Notes: generated from the letters alone by a model not told the origin. A stretch of DNA of 64,000 nt from Octopus bimaculoides (GCF_001194135.2 NC_068988.1:64371999-64435998); one strand, 5' to 3'. Positions 25,320 through 38,929 are shown, numbered from the stretch's first letter. A program made the numbers and translations.

Positions 25320-25555
25320 TTTATTCCGTCCTTGTTTTCGTATACAATTGCTGCTTTCTTCCAAGGAATCTAATGCTCTTAGCTTAGCTTTTCCTTGGGG
25401 CTGGCCAGATTGGAGCAAAATCGAGAATAACCAGCCGAAATTGCAAGGATAATCTGGAACTCGACTGAGGAAAGAAAACTCCAAATGACCCATCCTTGTT
25501 TTCTTTGTATCGTTTGTTTGAACGTTTTGCATTATTGCCCCATTTTTAAATTTTA
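25320..25555. mobile_element. Interspersed repeat, class unresolved
   Basis: Non-simple sequence I recall as a recurrent octopod repeat; no coding motif. Confidence 0.35.
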
Positions 25556-26412
25556 TACATACATACATATATATATATATANNNNNNNNNNNNNNNNNNN
25601 NNNNNNNNNNNNNNNNNNNNNNNNNNNNNNNNNNNNNNNNNNNNNNNNNNNNNNNNNNNNNNNNNNNNNNNNNNNNNNNNNNNNNNNNNNNNNNNNNNNN
25701 NNNNNNNNNNNNNNNNNNNNNNNNNNNNNNNNNNNNNNNNNNNNNNNNNNNNNNNNNNNNNNNNNNNNNNNNNNNNNNNNNNNNNNNNNNNNNNNNNNNN
25801 NNNNNNNNNNNNNNNNNNNNNNNNNNNNNNNNNNNNNNNNNNNNNNNNNNNNNNNNNNNNNNNNNNNNNNNNNNNNNNNNNNNNNNNNNNNNNNNNNNNN
25901 NNNNNNNNNNNNNNNNNNNNNNNNNNNNNNNNNNNNNNNNNNNNNNNNNNNNNNNNNNNNNNNNNNNNNNNNNNNNNNNNNNNNNNNNNNNNNNNNNNNN
26001 NNNNNNNNNNNNNNNNNNNNNNNNNNNNNNNNNNNNNNNTTAACTGATCCTCCTGTATTTTCTTTTACCTAACCCAGAGCCAGGAACTTTTCAGCATCCC
26101 TTCGTATGTACCATTATCCAATCTCCTGCTTCTTTGTTTAAGGATAACGGTGGCGTCATTTGAGGTAGATTTAGCTCCTACTTCAGAAAACCTCTTTATA
26201 TTTCTCCTTTAGATGATACAAACGAATGAAAAGCTTTCATTGTAGTAATATCTGGTGTTAATAGTAGAGGTTAACCTTGTTGAATTGCTCTTGGGCTGGA
26301 TGACAACCTTAACTGCTTCGTACTTAACATTCGAGATAACGTCTTGGAACGAACGAACACAAAATTTCGACACCATAGATAATGGTCTTCTCTCGTGCTC
26401 TTGCTCTCCCTA

Positions 26413-26485
<73 letters not shown>

Positions 26486-26601
26486 CTTTCGCATTACCTC
26501 TCTCTCTTTCTCTGCGCACGTGCGCACACACGCACATACATCAGTGGTATGTATCTATTTTATATCTTTTGAGGCATTCTTATCCATTGTGTATATATAC
26601 A

Positions 26602-26629
<28 letters not shown>

Positions 26630-26632
<3 letters not shown>

Positions 26633-26916
26633 TACTTGCTTCAGTTATTCAACTACGACCATGCTGGAGCACCACCTTGAAGGATTTTAGTCGAATTAAT
26701 GAAACGACGCCAGTACTTGTTTTATTAATCGTAGTACTTATTCTACCGGTTCTATTTCTTTGCCGAACCGCTAAGTTACAGGAAAATAAACACACCAACA
26801 CTGGTTGTCAAGCGGTGGTTATAGTAGAAGACACTTGTCCAAGATGTCACTCAACGGGACTGAACCCGGAACCATGTGGTTGGAAAGCAAGCTTCTTACC
26901 ACACAGCCACGCCCGC
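26630..26916 (-). mobile_element. Family A SINE, near full length, lacking the internal microsatellite
   Basis: Head, CORE-like CACTTGTCCAAGATGTC and 3' tail. Confidence 0.87.
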
Positions 26917-29399
26917 AAATTTCCTATAGAAGCATCGTAACCTCTAGTTCTGAATACTACAGGAAATCAATAGAAATAAACTGTAGAATAAGAGTAATTT
27001 GAATACTAGCAATAGAGTTAAGGGAGGTTTTAGCTGTTTCTTCTAGCAGATTCCAGTGGTCGCCGTAGAAGCGGCCTCGTTGTCATATTTCAGTAACATA
27101 ACCAAAAAAACCAGTAACGGCGCCTTGTTTATATGTATTATTTTTTTTATTTGCTTATTTATTGCCTTACGTTTGGTTTGTTTGTTTGTTTGTTTGTATG
27201 ATTTATTATCTTGTCTTGGTATGTTGAAGTTTCATTCAGTTACCTCCGACTCGACTGAGAGTTTCACCGCCGTCGTCTCTGCCGCTGCGATCACAGGCAT
27301 AAATATATGTACGTAAAAAAAAAAAAAAAACAAACCGCTACCACCGTTGCCTCCACCGCCGCCGCTAACATCCCAAGATATGTACATCATCATCATGATT
27401 ATTTCACATCTACACCGCCACACCCTTCATCACAACCATAAATATATATAGCCACCATCACCACCATCATGGCCACCACGCATCTGCATCATCATAATCA
27501 TTATCATCATCCCCGTCAACATCANNNNNNNNNNNNNNNNNNNNNNNNNNNNNNNNNNNNNNNNNNNNNNNNNNNNNNNNNNNNNNNNNNNNNNNNNNNN
27601 NNNNNNNNNNNNNNNNNNNNNNNNNNNNNNNNNNNNNNNNNNNNNNNNNNNNNNNNNNNNNNNNNNNNNNNNNNNNNNNNNNNNNNNNNNNNNNNNNNNN
27701 NNNNNNNNNNNNNNNNNNNNNNNNNNNNNNNNNNNNNNNNNNNNNNNNNNNNNNNNNNNNNNNNNNNNNNNTCTACATCATCATCATCATCATCACCACC
27801 ATCACTACCACCATCTTAGCCATAAATATGCCCGAACTAAACCTCCCCCTCCCCCACGCATACACACAAACACTCACACGCAAGTATCACCACCACCACC
27901 ACCACCACCACCACCGTCATCATCACCGACACCATCGCCGCTACACAAGCCACTGGTTATTTGATATATATGTTAACGAAACGATAATAGTTTCTACGAG
28001 CGGGAAAGTGGGGGGAGGAGACGGTGAAGGCGACGTTGATGGTGGTGGGGATGTTGATGTAATAGGAATATGATGGCGATGGCGGGGATGATTGTGATGA
28101 TCGTGGTGGTGATGGTGGTAGTGATGGTGGTAAAGGGATGGCAGATTGAGGGAGGAACGTTTCATAGCAATAGTTGAATGGGTTGCCGTGACGGTAGCGA
28201 TAGTGGTAGTGGCAGCGGCGGTAAAGGTGAAAGTGAGGGTGGGAGGAAGGGTCGATGCTTTGGTAAGCAATGGTGATTGAAGTGGGCAGTGGTAGGAGGT
28301 AGAGTTTGTGTATGTATGTGTGTTTGAGCGCGACTGTATGTACGTGTGTGTGTGTGTGTGTGTGTGTGTTGGCAGAAATAGTGAATGGTGATGCTGTTGG
28401 TGATGGTGAGAGGGAGAGAAAAGGAGAAAAGATTGATGTGTTGTTGGGGGTCAGAGCAGTGCAAGATAGCTGAAAGTAAAGAGTGCCTTGGTGGTGGTGG
28501 TGATGGTGGTGTGTAAGGGGAGATAAATAACGATAGATTACGCCGTCGTTAGATGACCCGAGATGGTGGCGGTGTTAACGACTGGTGGTGGTGCTTGAGA
28601 AGACGGACGCAGATTTAAGGACAAAATAAATCTGAAGGGCGTAGCGGAGAGGCCCTTCATACTCCATGTTGGCGTTGTTCTCGTTGTTCTTGCTGCTGTT
28701 GTTGACTACCTCCCCCCCACCACCACCACCACAACCACCAGGTCAATGTCGATTGAGCAGACTTATAATCAAATGAGTTCCATCCGTGGTCATCCAGTCT
28801 TTTACTTATGCGCATGGAACCCAAGGTTACATTGGATAACGAATGTGTTCCTGGGTTTTCTTAAACTGTGACAGGAAGGAAGGAAGGAAGGAAGATGATT
28901 TGAAGGAGATTTGGCTATTATTTCCAGCGACAACGTAGTGGCTTCGCGGTGGCAGTGGTGATTGTGGTAAAAGAGTTATAGCAACTATTGTTGTTGTTAT
29001 TGTTGGAGGTGGTTTGTTTTTGCGGCGGCGGCGGCGGTGGCGACGGCTGTATGTATATGACAGAGGAGGGGTGTTGTTCAGAAGAGTTATAATGTAGATA
29101 AATCACGTAGTAGTGGTAGTAGTGGTGGTGGTGGTGGTGGTGGTGGGAGGTGACATACCGTCTGTCATTCATTAAGACATGAACTCCAAGAATGTCGCCG
29201 TTGGTGAAGATATTTTTATTTGTTGACAATCAGTTTCAGATTGGCTGGTTGGGCTGGCTGGCTGGTCGCCGTAGCTGGTTTGGTGGCTGGTTGGACGGGC
29301 GGGCTACTGTAACTATTTGGTCAGCCGTGAGCTGGCTAGCAGGCTGGCTGGCTGACTCGCAGGCCTATGAGTCGGTATGACTCGAAAAAGTGACTTTAC

Positions 29400-29627
29400 C
29401 ACTTTTTTATACCTTTAACGTAGTTCTGATGGAGATTCAGCGTGACTCAGAATGTGACAAGGTTGGCCCTGTGAATTACAGGTACAACTCATTTTTGCTA
29501 GCTGAGTGGACTGGAGTTACGTGAAATAAAGTTACCTGCTCAAGGACACAACGCGTCGCCGGGAATCGAACTCACGTCCTTATGATCGTGAGTCGAATAT
29601 CCTTATCACTAAGCCACGTGCCTTCAT
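29400..29627 (-). mobile_element. tRNA-derived SINE, family C (CORE-like)
   Basis: Head GGCACGTGGCTTAGTGATAAGG..GAGTTCGATTCCCGG, TGTGTCCTTGAGCAGG and CCAGTCCACTCAGCT. Confidence 0.87.
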
Positions 29628-29694
29628 CGTTTCTTTAATACACAAAACATCGTAACAATTGTTATATCATTCCAAATAATATTCAATTATGAAA

Positions 29695-29907
29695 GGGCGA
29701 GCTGGCAGAATGGTTAGCACACCGGGGGGGAAATGCTTAGCGGTATTTCGTCTATCTTTACGTTCTCAGCTCAAATGCTGCCGAGGTCGACTTTGCCTTT
29801 CATCTTTTTCGGAGTCGGTAAATTAAGAATCAATTACGTACTGGGGTCGATCTAATCGCCTGGGCCCCTCTCCCCATATTTCGGGCCGTGTGCCTAGAGT
29901 AGAAAAG
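29695..29907 (+). mobile_element. Full-length family B SINE with a 17-bp TSD (1 mismatch)
   Basis: aatattcaattatgaaa (29678-29694) versus aatatttaattatgaaa (29908-29924). Confidence 0.92.
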
Positions 29908-30161
29908 AATATTTAATTATGAAAATATATGATTTTTTTAAAAATCGAATGGCGATGAGGGTTCGGTTCATCCGAGTAAAATAGGTTCATATGGCCCTTG
30001 AAGGTTCATATAAGATTTTTTTTTGGGGGGGGGGGGCCCATGCAATAAACTAATAAATTGGGGATCCACAATAGTAATTTAAAGGCCCCTGAAAAAACTT
30101 TTGCTTTAGATGTAGGTATTTGTATGTGTTGCAAGAAACAGCTAGAGGTCTCTCTCTAAAT

Positions 30162-30482
30162 CAGTGATTCTCAACTAGGGTTCATATAAGATTTTTATGG
30201 GGTCAGTACAACAAAATAGCAAATTGAGAATCCACAGAAGTACTTTAAGGGCCCCTGAAAAAATTTCGTTTTACATGTATGTATTGGTGTGTATTGCAAG
30301 AAACAGCTAGGTTTCTTTCTCTCACATTTTACATATTTCAACTTACAGAAGTTGAATAGGAATTTTGAAAGAAGTTTCTCTAAAACTAGTTTTTAAACAT
30401 CGTATAGGTATTAGGATCCACCAGAATGAAATAGTAATCAAAGGGTCCCGAGACAGAAAAAAAAATGGTTGAGAAAACCCTG
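30162..30482. mobile_element. Charlie/MER5-like hAT MITE, preceded by a partial tandem copy (about 29995-30160)
   Basis: Termini CAGTGATTCTCAAC and GGTTGAGAAAACCCTG; internal sequence shared with 32843-33233 and 59545-59650. Confidence 0.8.
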
Positions 30483-31214
30483 GTTTAGCTGGGTGGATGG
30501 TTTTGCAGAATGCATGGTTAGGCCGGATACGTGTTTGGATTGATTGTCTGGCGGATGGGAAAATGGATGAATGAATGAATGAATGAATGAATGGGTGAAT
30601 GGATGGTTGAGTGGTATGTCGACTAAATTCACATATTTACACCTAACCATATACAACCTGTGCACGCCACCATCCGCCATACTACGATACTTCACCACCA
30701 GCACTCTACGTCACCTTGTCACTGGTTTCTCTTTAACTCAGCCTCCCCCATCTCTATCTTTCTCTCTCTTCCCCTCTCTCCACTACCGCCACACTTTCCA
30801 TCACAACCACTCAACCACCCCCGCTTTCCTTGCCCCCACTTTCTCTTCTTCCCCCCAAACCTTCTTCCCAGTTTGGTGCCAAGCTGAAAAGCAGAAACTT
30901 AACATCGTTCTTCACATGAACGTGTGAAGGAAGACTTAAGCTGTTCAGCAGCAACAAACGTGTGCGTATAGATCCGTGTATGAGTGTATAAACGTGTGTG
31001 TGTGTGTGTGAGAGGGAGAGAGAGAAAGATGAGTTAAGAAGCCATGTGTCGGTGTGGGAGCTACAAGTCGGGACTGTGCCGGGTGTTCCGGAATATGTGA
31101 AGTACGAGTTTTATGAGCTAGAGGGAAGGTAGTACTCTTAGAAGAGAGGTAGTTGGTTGTAAACGACGGTGTAGAGGCAACAGTAGCAGCAGCAGCAGCA
31201 GTAGTAGTAGTATC

Positions 31215-31249
<35 letters not shown>

Positions 31250-32399
31250 CAGCAACAGTAGGATTATGTTTCTTTTGGGTTGTTTGTCATTCAGTTTATA
31301 TATTTCCAAATTCCTGAACGGTGCTGCATGTTTCAAAGTATTAATTTATAGNNNNNNNNNNNNNNNNNNNNNNNNNNNNNNNNNNNNNNNNNNNNNNNNN
31401 NNNNNNNNNNNNNNNNNNNNNNNNNNNNNNNNNNNNNNNNNNNNNNNNNNNNNNNNNNNNNNNNNNNNNNNNNNNNNNNNNNNNNNNNNNNNNNNNNNNN
31501 NNNNNNNNNNNNNNNNNNNNNNNNNNNNNNNNNNNNNNNNNNNNNNNNNNNNNNNNNNNNNNNNNNNNNNNNNNNNNNNNNNNNNNNNNNNNNNNNNNNN
31601 NNNNNNNNNNNNNNNNNNNNNNNNNNNNNNNNNNNNNNNNNNNNNNNNNNNNNNNNNNNNNNNNNNNNNNNNNNNNNNNNNNNNNNNNNNNNNNNNNNNN
31701 NNNNNNNNNNNNNNNNNNNNNNNNNNNNNNNNNNNNNNNNNNNNNNNNNNNNNNNNNNNNNNNNNNNNNNNNNNNNNNNNNNNNNNNNNNNNNNNNNNNN
31801 NNNNNNNNNNNNNNNNNNNNNNNNNNNNNNNNNNNNNNNNNNNNNNNNNNNNNNNNNNNNNNNNNNNNNNNNTATATATATAAATAAGGCAAAGATAAAT
31901 ATGAAAATATCAATAAAGCCTAAGTTTGATATTAGTTACAATTGTTTCATTGCCACTCCACTTCGAACCACATTACACATAATTGTGTGATAAATTACAC
32001 AAGATTTGCATAAAATTATGCACAGTTGAAACAGTGAGAATTAGCCCTTCATCGAACGCCTACCAACTCAGCTATCATACATGGTATCATGTGTTTATAT
32101 ATTATTTTAGACAGGGTTTACACTACGTAACATTCCCATCACACCTATTAACTACAATCACTGCGATTTTGGCAACTTCCAGCGGTATTGCTTTCTCTTT
32201 GCCGATCACCGTTGATGATCCTGGTTATTTATGCTGCTGCAACAACCAGTTAGATACGGCTGTAATCACTTAGCGATGTAGTATTTACCTTGTTTTACTA
32301 CTCGCTGATAATTTTTCCTTCGATCACATCTTTAGTCTTTCTCTCACATGCCTCTATCATATCATTCATGATGTATCTTTTCCCGCTTCTTCAATTTTC

Positions 32400-33760
32400 G
32401 TGTTACTGCCTACCTACCCTTCCTAAGTCCAAAAATGTTTATCAAGATACAAACCTATGACATCTCACCTTTACCAGAAACACTGTATATTGTTACACTG
32501 ATAACATTGTGCTTTGCACACCTCCTTAATTCCTTCATATCTGAGACTCTTCTTTTCATTTACCTATTCCACATTGCCCCTTCTGAGGCATCGTCAACTC
32601 AAAAGCACTGCCTTCTTATTACAATATTCTGGGGGAAAAACCAAGTCATTTCTTTAAATTTATTTCCACCTTTCAGGCATTCAGAAAACTTCCTCTCTTC
32701 TTTCCTTTGTTTACGCTCCTACGCTGTCCCTTTTTGCTCTTCTTATAGGCAATAAAAGGGTGTAAAGTTTATGTCGAGTCTCATTGCATTGCTATTTCAT
32801 CGCATCACCGAGTAACCTGACGAATTGGCTTTATATCTTCAGCAGTGGTTCACAAACAAGGTCCATATGACCCTCGGAAGTCTACATAAGATTTTGAGGG
32901 GTCCATACAAGTAAAGAAGTAAATTAGGGATCCACAGTTACATTCAAATGGTACATGAAAACTTTCTCGTTTAGATATATTTATTACAACTAACAGCTAG
33001 GTATCTATCTTTAATGTTTTACATAGTTTTAACACGTTTCCAGCCACATGTTCTCACGTTTCCAACATGTTCTCAAAGAGAATGAAACGCAAAATGAGAA
33101 TTTTGAAAGTATCTATAAAATTAGTTTTTAAATACGGAATAGCAATGGAAGTCCACCAGTAATCAATAGGGTCCATATAAAATAAAATAAAATATAAGAT
33201 AACATTTTTTTTTTAATGGTTTAAAATCCACTGATCTACAGGTATATTGTGTAACGACTGATCTGCGACATGCAAGAATATACTCCAACGAAGAACAGCT
33301 TCCAAACTGATGACAATGAGCAATTTCTCCAGCCCCAGCATTTGTTTATTGACAGGAAAAAATCACAAACTAACTGGTTCTTCAGGAATAATCCCAAACT
33401 ATCTGGTTCCATTTTCAAAAACATACTCTAACCCCAGCTTCCTTTATTCGGCTTTCTCCCATGCATTCATGCACTTTGGTCTCTTAAACCAACTGCTTTA
33501 CTCGCACCATTCCCTTTTTCACTATAGCAAAATTCTTCGATCAAACTATCTTGGTTGCCTTCGTTAACCTTGCAGAATATTCATTTCTTTCGTATTCGAC
33601 CCAACCCAGTCCACGTGTTCTGCACTGCACTTATCATCTCCTCAATTTCTAAATATGTTTGCACCACTGAATCTTTACCCACGCTCCATTTACCTCCTAC
33701 TAGCATTTTAGGTTGGGTTACACGAACAATGAGATCCATAGAACCTTGTTAAAGGCCCAT
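32400..33760 (-). mobile_element. Highly decayed RTE-type reverse transcriptase region, interrupted by a hAT MITE
   Basis: Remnants RKLGLEYV, LLIVISLEAV and later EGAMWNR..RR resemble RTE RT motifs (WALRKLGVEEW, LLFIIVLEAL, GSETW); many stops. Confidence 0.45.
32843..33233. mobile_element. Charlie-like hAT MITE with an 8-bp TSD
   Basis: Termini CAGTGGTTCACAAAC and GGTTTAAAATCCACTG; TSD atcttcag / atctacag (7 of 8 match). Confidence 0.85.
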
Positions 33761-33888
33761 ACGGCAGCGGGATTTTTTTCTATTTAAAACTCCTCCGCCA
33801 ACGGACGACAGCTGGAGTCTGGCAGCAACGCTATACAGCTTAATTGAAGCATAGCGGGAAACGAAGACACTGTAGGTGGTACTTGCTG

Positions 33889-33937
<49 letters not shown>

Positions 33938-35289
33938 NNNNNNNNNNNNNNNNNNNNNNNNNNNNNNNNNNNNNNNNNNNNNNNNNNNNNNNNNNNNNNN
34001 NNNNNNNNNNNNNNNNNNNNNNNNNNNNNNNNNNNNNNNNNNNNNNNNNNNNNNNNNNNNNNNNNNNNNNNNNNNNNNNNNNNNNNNNNNNNNNNNNNNN
34101 NNNNNNNNNNNNNNNNNNNNNNNNNNNNNNNNNNNNNNNNNNNNNNNNNNNNNNNNNNNNNNNNNNNNNNNNNNNNNNNNNNNNNNNNNNNNNNNNNNNN
34201 NNNNNNNNNNNNNNNNNNNNNNNNNNNNNNNNNNNNNNNNNNNNNNNNNNNNNNNNNNNNNNNNNNNNNNNNNNNNNNNNNNNNNNNNNNNNNNNNNNNN
34301 NNNNNNNNNNNNNNNNNNNNNNNNNNNNNNNNNNNNNNNNNNNNNNNNNNNNNNNNNNNNNNNNNNNNNNNNNNNNNNNNNNNNNNNNNNNNNNNNNNNN
34401 NNNNNNNNNNNNNNNNNNNACCCTGTGAGAGAATAACCTTCCGATAAGGGAGAATATCGGCCTGTTCACCTCGCGTGCGGGGGTGGGCTGACGTCGTACG
34501 ATAGCCAAAAAAAAAACAAAACAAGGCGAAGCGCATTGTGGCCAGCGATGCATGACAATATCCGATACCGTGATATACGTGCAGTGCATATAAAAACATG
34601 CGTATGTAGTTGCTTTGGTAACTTAAGTCTGATCCAAAAGATAAGGCATTCTGTTAGCTCTCTAAATCCTGCGACGTTCAAATAATAAATACAAACAACA
34701 CTACTTTCTCTTGAGAAAAATTTAAAAAAAAAGATGAATGAGATGGAAAGAGAGAGGGTGGAGCAAGGGGGAGAGGGCGGGGAGATGATAGAATAAGTAT
34801 TCGATATAGATGCACTAAATAAACATTTAACAGTCACTATCAAAGCACCTTACATTCACAAAAACACAGACGACAACCTAGTCAATGGGACGTGATATGA
34901 CGGTGGCGTGGAAATATAGGCTCTTTATTTGTGTCTATGAGTGTCTGAAAAACTAATTAACTCTGATGACATCTCTATAGTGATCTAATCTCATACATCA
35001 GCATCTATGGTTTACGAAATCTTGCCAGGCAATAAATCATTCCTGAAACTGTCAGTTTCATGTTATATATCCAAAAAGCAAACTAATAATAATAATAATA
35101 ATAATTTATTATTATTATTATTCCCAAAGGACTTTCTTTATATACACCTATCATCGAAATGTGAATATGTCATGAAGAAATTTTAACCCATTCAAATACT
35201 TTTACGTCTCTTTCTCTCTTTCTCTCTCTCTCTCCTCTTCTTTCCGTCTCTCCTCCCGCTTCTTTCCGTCTCCCCACCATCACCACCTT

Positions 35290-35343
<54 letters not shown>

Positions 35344-35744
35344 ACGTGACAGCACGAATTAGAAATTATTTTTTTTACAATCGGATTCTGATATCCTTTG
35401 ATCTTATTTATCTTCAGTAAAGCATATAATTGTTGTTGTTGTTGTTGCTGGTAGTGGTGGTGGTGGTGTTGGTAGTGCTTAACCCCCTTCTAGTCCCGAT
35501 CCACAGATCCCTGACAGGCGTCCACTGGCTGGTGTGGTCATACTACAGGAAACGTTTAAAATGTAATTGTACTGTGAAGCGTCAAATTGGCATGATAGGA
35601 GAATTGTTAGAACGCATTTCTTCCGGCTCTTTGCCTTCTGGTTTCAAACTCCACTGAGATCAATTTTGCCTTACATCTTTTCGGCTGGTGGGGTGAAGGT
35701 GGGGTGATAAAATACTAGTCAAGTACTGAAATAAATAGTATCGA

Positions 35745-36010
35745 TTAACTTAAAGGACCACCTTTGGTCATGAATGACCATGGGATTGCACCTAGAAAAT
35801 TCCCCTCCAAGGCACAATCCGAGAAAGGTTGAGGAAGACCAGCAGTCGCCCATGCATCCCAACCTACCCTCGCCACATCACTGATGTTATTCAAGGGAAA
35901 AGCAAAGGCCGGTGCAGCTTGGCACCAGAGTCCTTTGGGTGCCGGAAAGGGGCTGTAGCGTCACAACACTTTTCTACAGCTGAGTGGACTGGAGCAACGT
36001 GAACACAACA
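35745..36010 (-). mobile_element. CORE-like SINE fragment (family C-related)
   Basis: AGCTGAGTGGACTGGAGCAACGTGAA plus TTGGCACCAG and CCAGCAGTCGCCCATGCAT body. Confidence 0.7.
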
Positions 36011-36134
36011 CGAGCCCAGTCTGGTCAACAAAATCACTACTTCATGATTGTGTGTCCGACGATCTAACTACTTGGCCATGCACCTTCATTGATTAACCAC
36101 TCTTCATAAAATTGCTGGTTGAAGAAATAATTAT

Positions 36135-36352
36135 TAAGCATGACTACACTGTTCATCAACATAGGGCAAAGTTTTCTCTTTAAGTCGATCAGTTCGACTC
36201 TAGTACTTCTATTGAGTCTAATGCTCGTCCGCATCGCTCTAGTCTTACCGAAAAACGATAAGGTGCGGGAAGTAAACAAACTTACACCAGTAGTCAAACA
36301 ATTAGGGGAAAACACACTCACACATGCGAACCGACGCGTATGTATGTGTGTG

Positions 36353-36402
<50 letters not shown>

Positions 36403-36575
36403 ACTATTGCTTGACAACCGGTAGTATTCTGTTTACGTCCTCGGAACTTCGCGGTTCTGCAAAAATGCCCGATAGAATAAAAACCAGGCTTTAAAAATAA
36501 AACCGGGGATCGATTCATTCGAATAAACTTTCTCCATGACCGCAGTCTAATGACTGAAGCAAGTAAAAGATAAAA
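36135..36575. mobile_element. Two family A SINE 3' halves in inverted orientation around a (TG)n tract
   Basis: Minus copy at about 36135-36330 and plus copy at about 36401-36575. Confidence 0.7.
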
Positions 36576-36932
36576 TATATATATAACGAAAAATTGATTT
36601 GTCTGGTAAGTTCGTTTAAATCACACACTGAGAACGATTGAATTGGTGTCTGTAACAGATGAAGCAGAACAGCGCTGAAACTCGTTTCACGGTTCGATTG
36701 CATCATTCAGCGCTCAGTTCGATGTCCATAAGGAGAATATCTTCTCCGTGACAATTACTACAGCAGCGAAAGCGTTTCTAAGTTTGAGTGCGCACGAACG
36801 TGTTACATAAATAGGAATGATAAATCTACACACATTTACTTTAATCGTCGCTGTATAGTGTGCTTAAAGTGTTTCTAACATAGAGAGTGTAAAACTCTGC
36901 AGTCTTTCATTAATGTCACTTCTTTCAACTTT

Positions 36933-36965
36933 TCCCTGAAGAAAGACTCTTTCCGAAACGTTGGA
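36933..36965 (+). ncRNA. Minimal hammerhead-like motif (Penelope-type)
   Basis: TCC-CTGAAGA-[AAGACTCTTTCC]-GAAAC-GTT-GGA. Core present, ACGT palindromic stem III, GUU triplet and stem I TCC/GGA; stem II closing pair is mismatched. Confidence 0.45.
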
Positions 36966-37431
36966 TTTCACTCTCCTCACAGCAAGTTCACTGTACTATT
37001 TTTAACGATTTTATTAAATGATACGAGTCTTACCAACGCTGACCGACACAACCCTAATGTGGTCGCTTGAGCCCTACGAACTAGATTACTCTAAGGACCC
37101 AACAAAATTTTGAGTTGCATGAAACTCAATCAAACCCTTTTCGATAATAATATACGAAGCAAGTTACTACTAAATGTATTGAGTACCTCCTTTCTTTTCC
37201 CACTCACTCGTTTATATACATACACGTAGATTTTATATACGTGTCTGTGTGTGTATATATGCATATATGATTAAAATTGTTTACCATCTTCAGGGATATA
37301 TCCCAGCACCTATAACAGACATGCATTCAGAATGATAAAACGTAAACGCTGTTCCTTACCTTATTTCCTTATTTTACCCGACCGATGAAACGAAACAAAA
37401 ACGATAATGATAATAATAATAATAATAATAA

Positions 37432-37636
37432 TGGCTTCACATTTTGCCACAAGGCCAGCAATTTTGGGGAAGTAACTAAGTCGATTACATCGACCCCTCG
37501 TGTTCAACTGGTATTTATTTTATCGATACCGGAAGGATGAAAAGCAAAGTCAACTCCGGCGGAATTTGAACTCAGAACGTAAAGATTGAAGAATTACCAA
37601 TAAGCATTTGCCAGACGGGCTAACGTTTCTGCCAAC
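37432..37636 (-). mobile_element. Family B SINE
   Basis: GAATTTGAACTCAGAACGTAAAG and AAGTCGATTACATCGACCCC. Confidence 0.85.
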
Positions 37637-37700
<64 letters not shown>

Positions 37701-37833
37701 GTAAAATTAAGAAGTCAAATATTCGATGTACGCTCAGCAACGGCAGTGGTTACAGCAGCAGCAGCAGTTGCCATTGCTAAGATGTGTCGTAATTTTAGGA
37801 CTTTATCCCTTAGCAATCTACTACTACTACTAC

Positions 37834-37866
<33 letters not shown>

Positions 37867-38929
37867 CGGTAGCAAACCCAAATCACAGCTAGTTCTTCTA
37901 ACTGACCTTGATACAAATAGGGGACTCACTGATGAGGTTTTCCGCCATGAGTGGGGGAGGGGGGAATGTTAGGGAAGGGAAAAATGTTGGGGAAGGGGGG
38001 ATTTTCACATTTATTTTTTTATTTTATTTTTTTTTATTTTTCTCCTTTCCTCAGTACCTCCCTCATCCCCACTCCTCGCCACCACCACCACTACCACCTA
38101 TCCACATTTTCTTTTACCGAATCGCTTTACGTCTCTTTCTCACATTAAATGATAGCACACACGGATATAATTAATTAGAGTTTACACAATTGCGAAAGAA
38201 CTCAAGGAAAGCATGTGGTAGGATGTATAATTGGTTGCAATATGGAAAGCAGAGAAACGACTGTGCTAACGTGTGTATATATGTGTATATATATGCGTGT
38301 GTGTGTGAGAGAGAGGTTTTTATCGTTTTTTATAGTTTTATTTTTTCTCTTTTTTTTTACCATAATATGCACCTGCTGTATCATTTGTTTTGTTTCGTTT
38401 GGTGTGGTTTTTTTTGTATTTTTATTTTTATTTTTATTTTTTGTTGTATGATTTTTTTTTTCTTCTATTATTTATTCTTTATATTCCCAATTAGGTTCGA
38501 ACCACGTTCGTCATCACTAATGCCTTTAAGGAGAGCCATATACGTCAGAGCTTCTCATTTTCTACACACCCCACCTCTCTTTCCCCCTCCCCCTTCCCTC
38601 CCCTCACTCTCTCTCTCTCTCTCTCTCTCTTTCTTTCTACCTGCCTCATTATGAATGAAGTATTTCATATTCAGTTGAAGAATCACTTTGCTCACTTCAT
38701 TTGCCATGTTGTTCCTTTTTAAGAGAAATCATGAACGCCACAAGCTCCCATTATAACCCCTACCCCTACCTCTGCTTCTATTAAATCTCAAACGACTATT
38801 TCCATGTAGAAAACGAAATGAAACGCAATAAACAAACCAATCGCAAATTGTTCCCTGGTGATTCTTCGCTACCGGAGACAATTGTCTCTTCGTTGACCAG
38901 TTGTAGGCTTTCTGATAGTTAGATAATTC

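Noticed and set aside
36662-36720. Hairpin AGCGCTGAA..TTCAGCGCT as a pre-miRNA
   Set aside because: Only a 9-bp perfect stem with a large, poorly paired interior.
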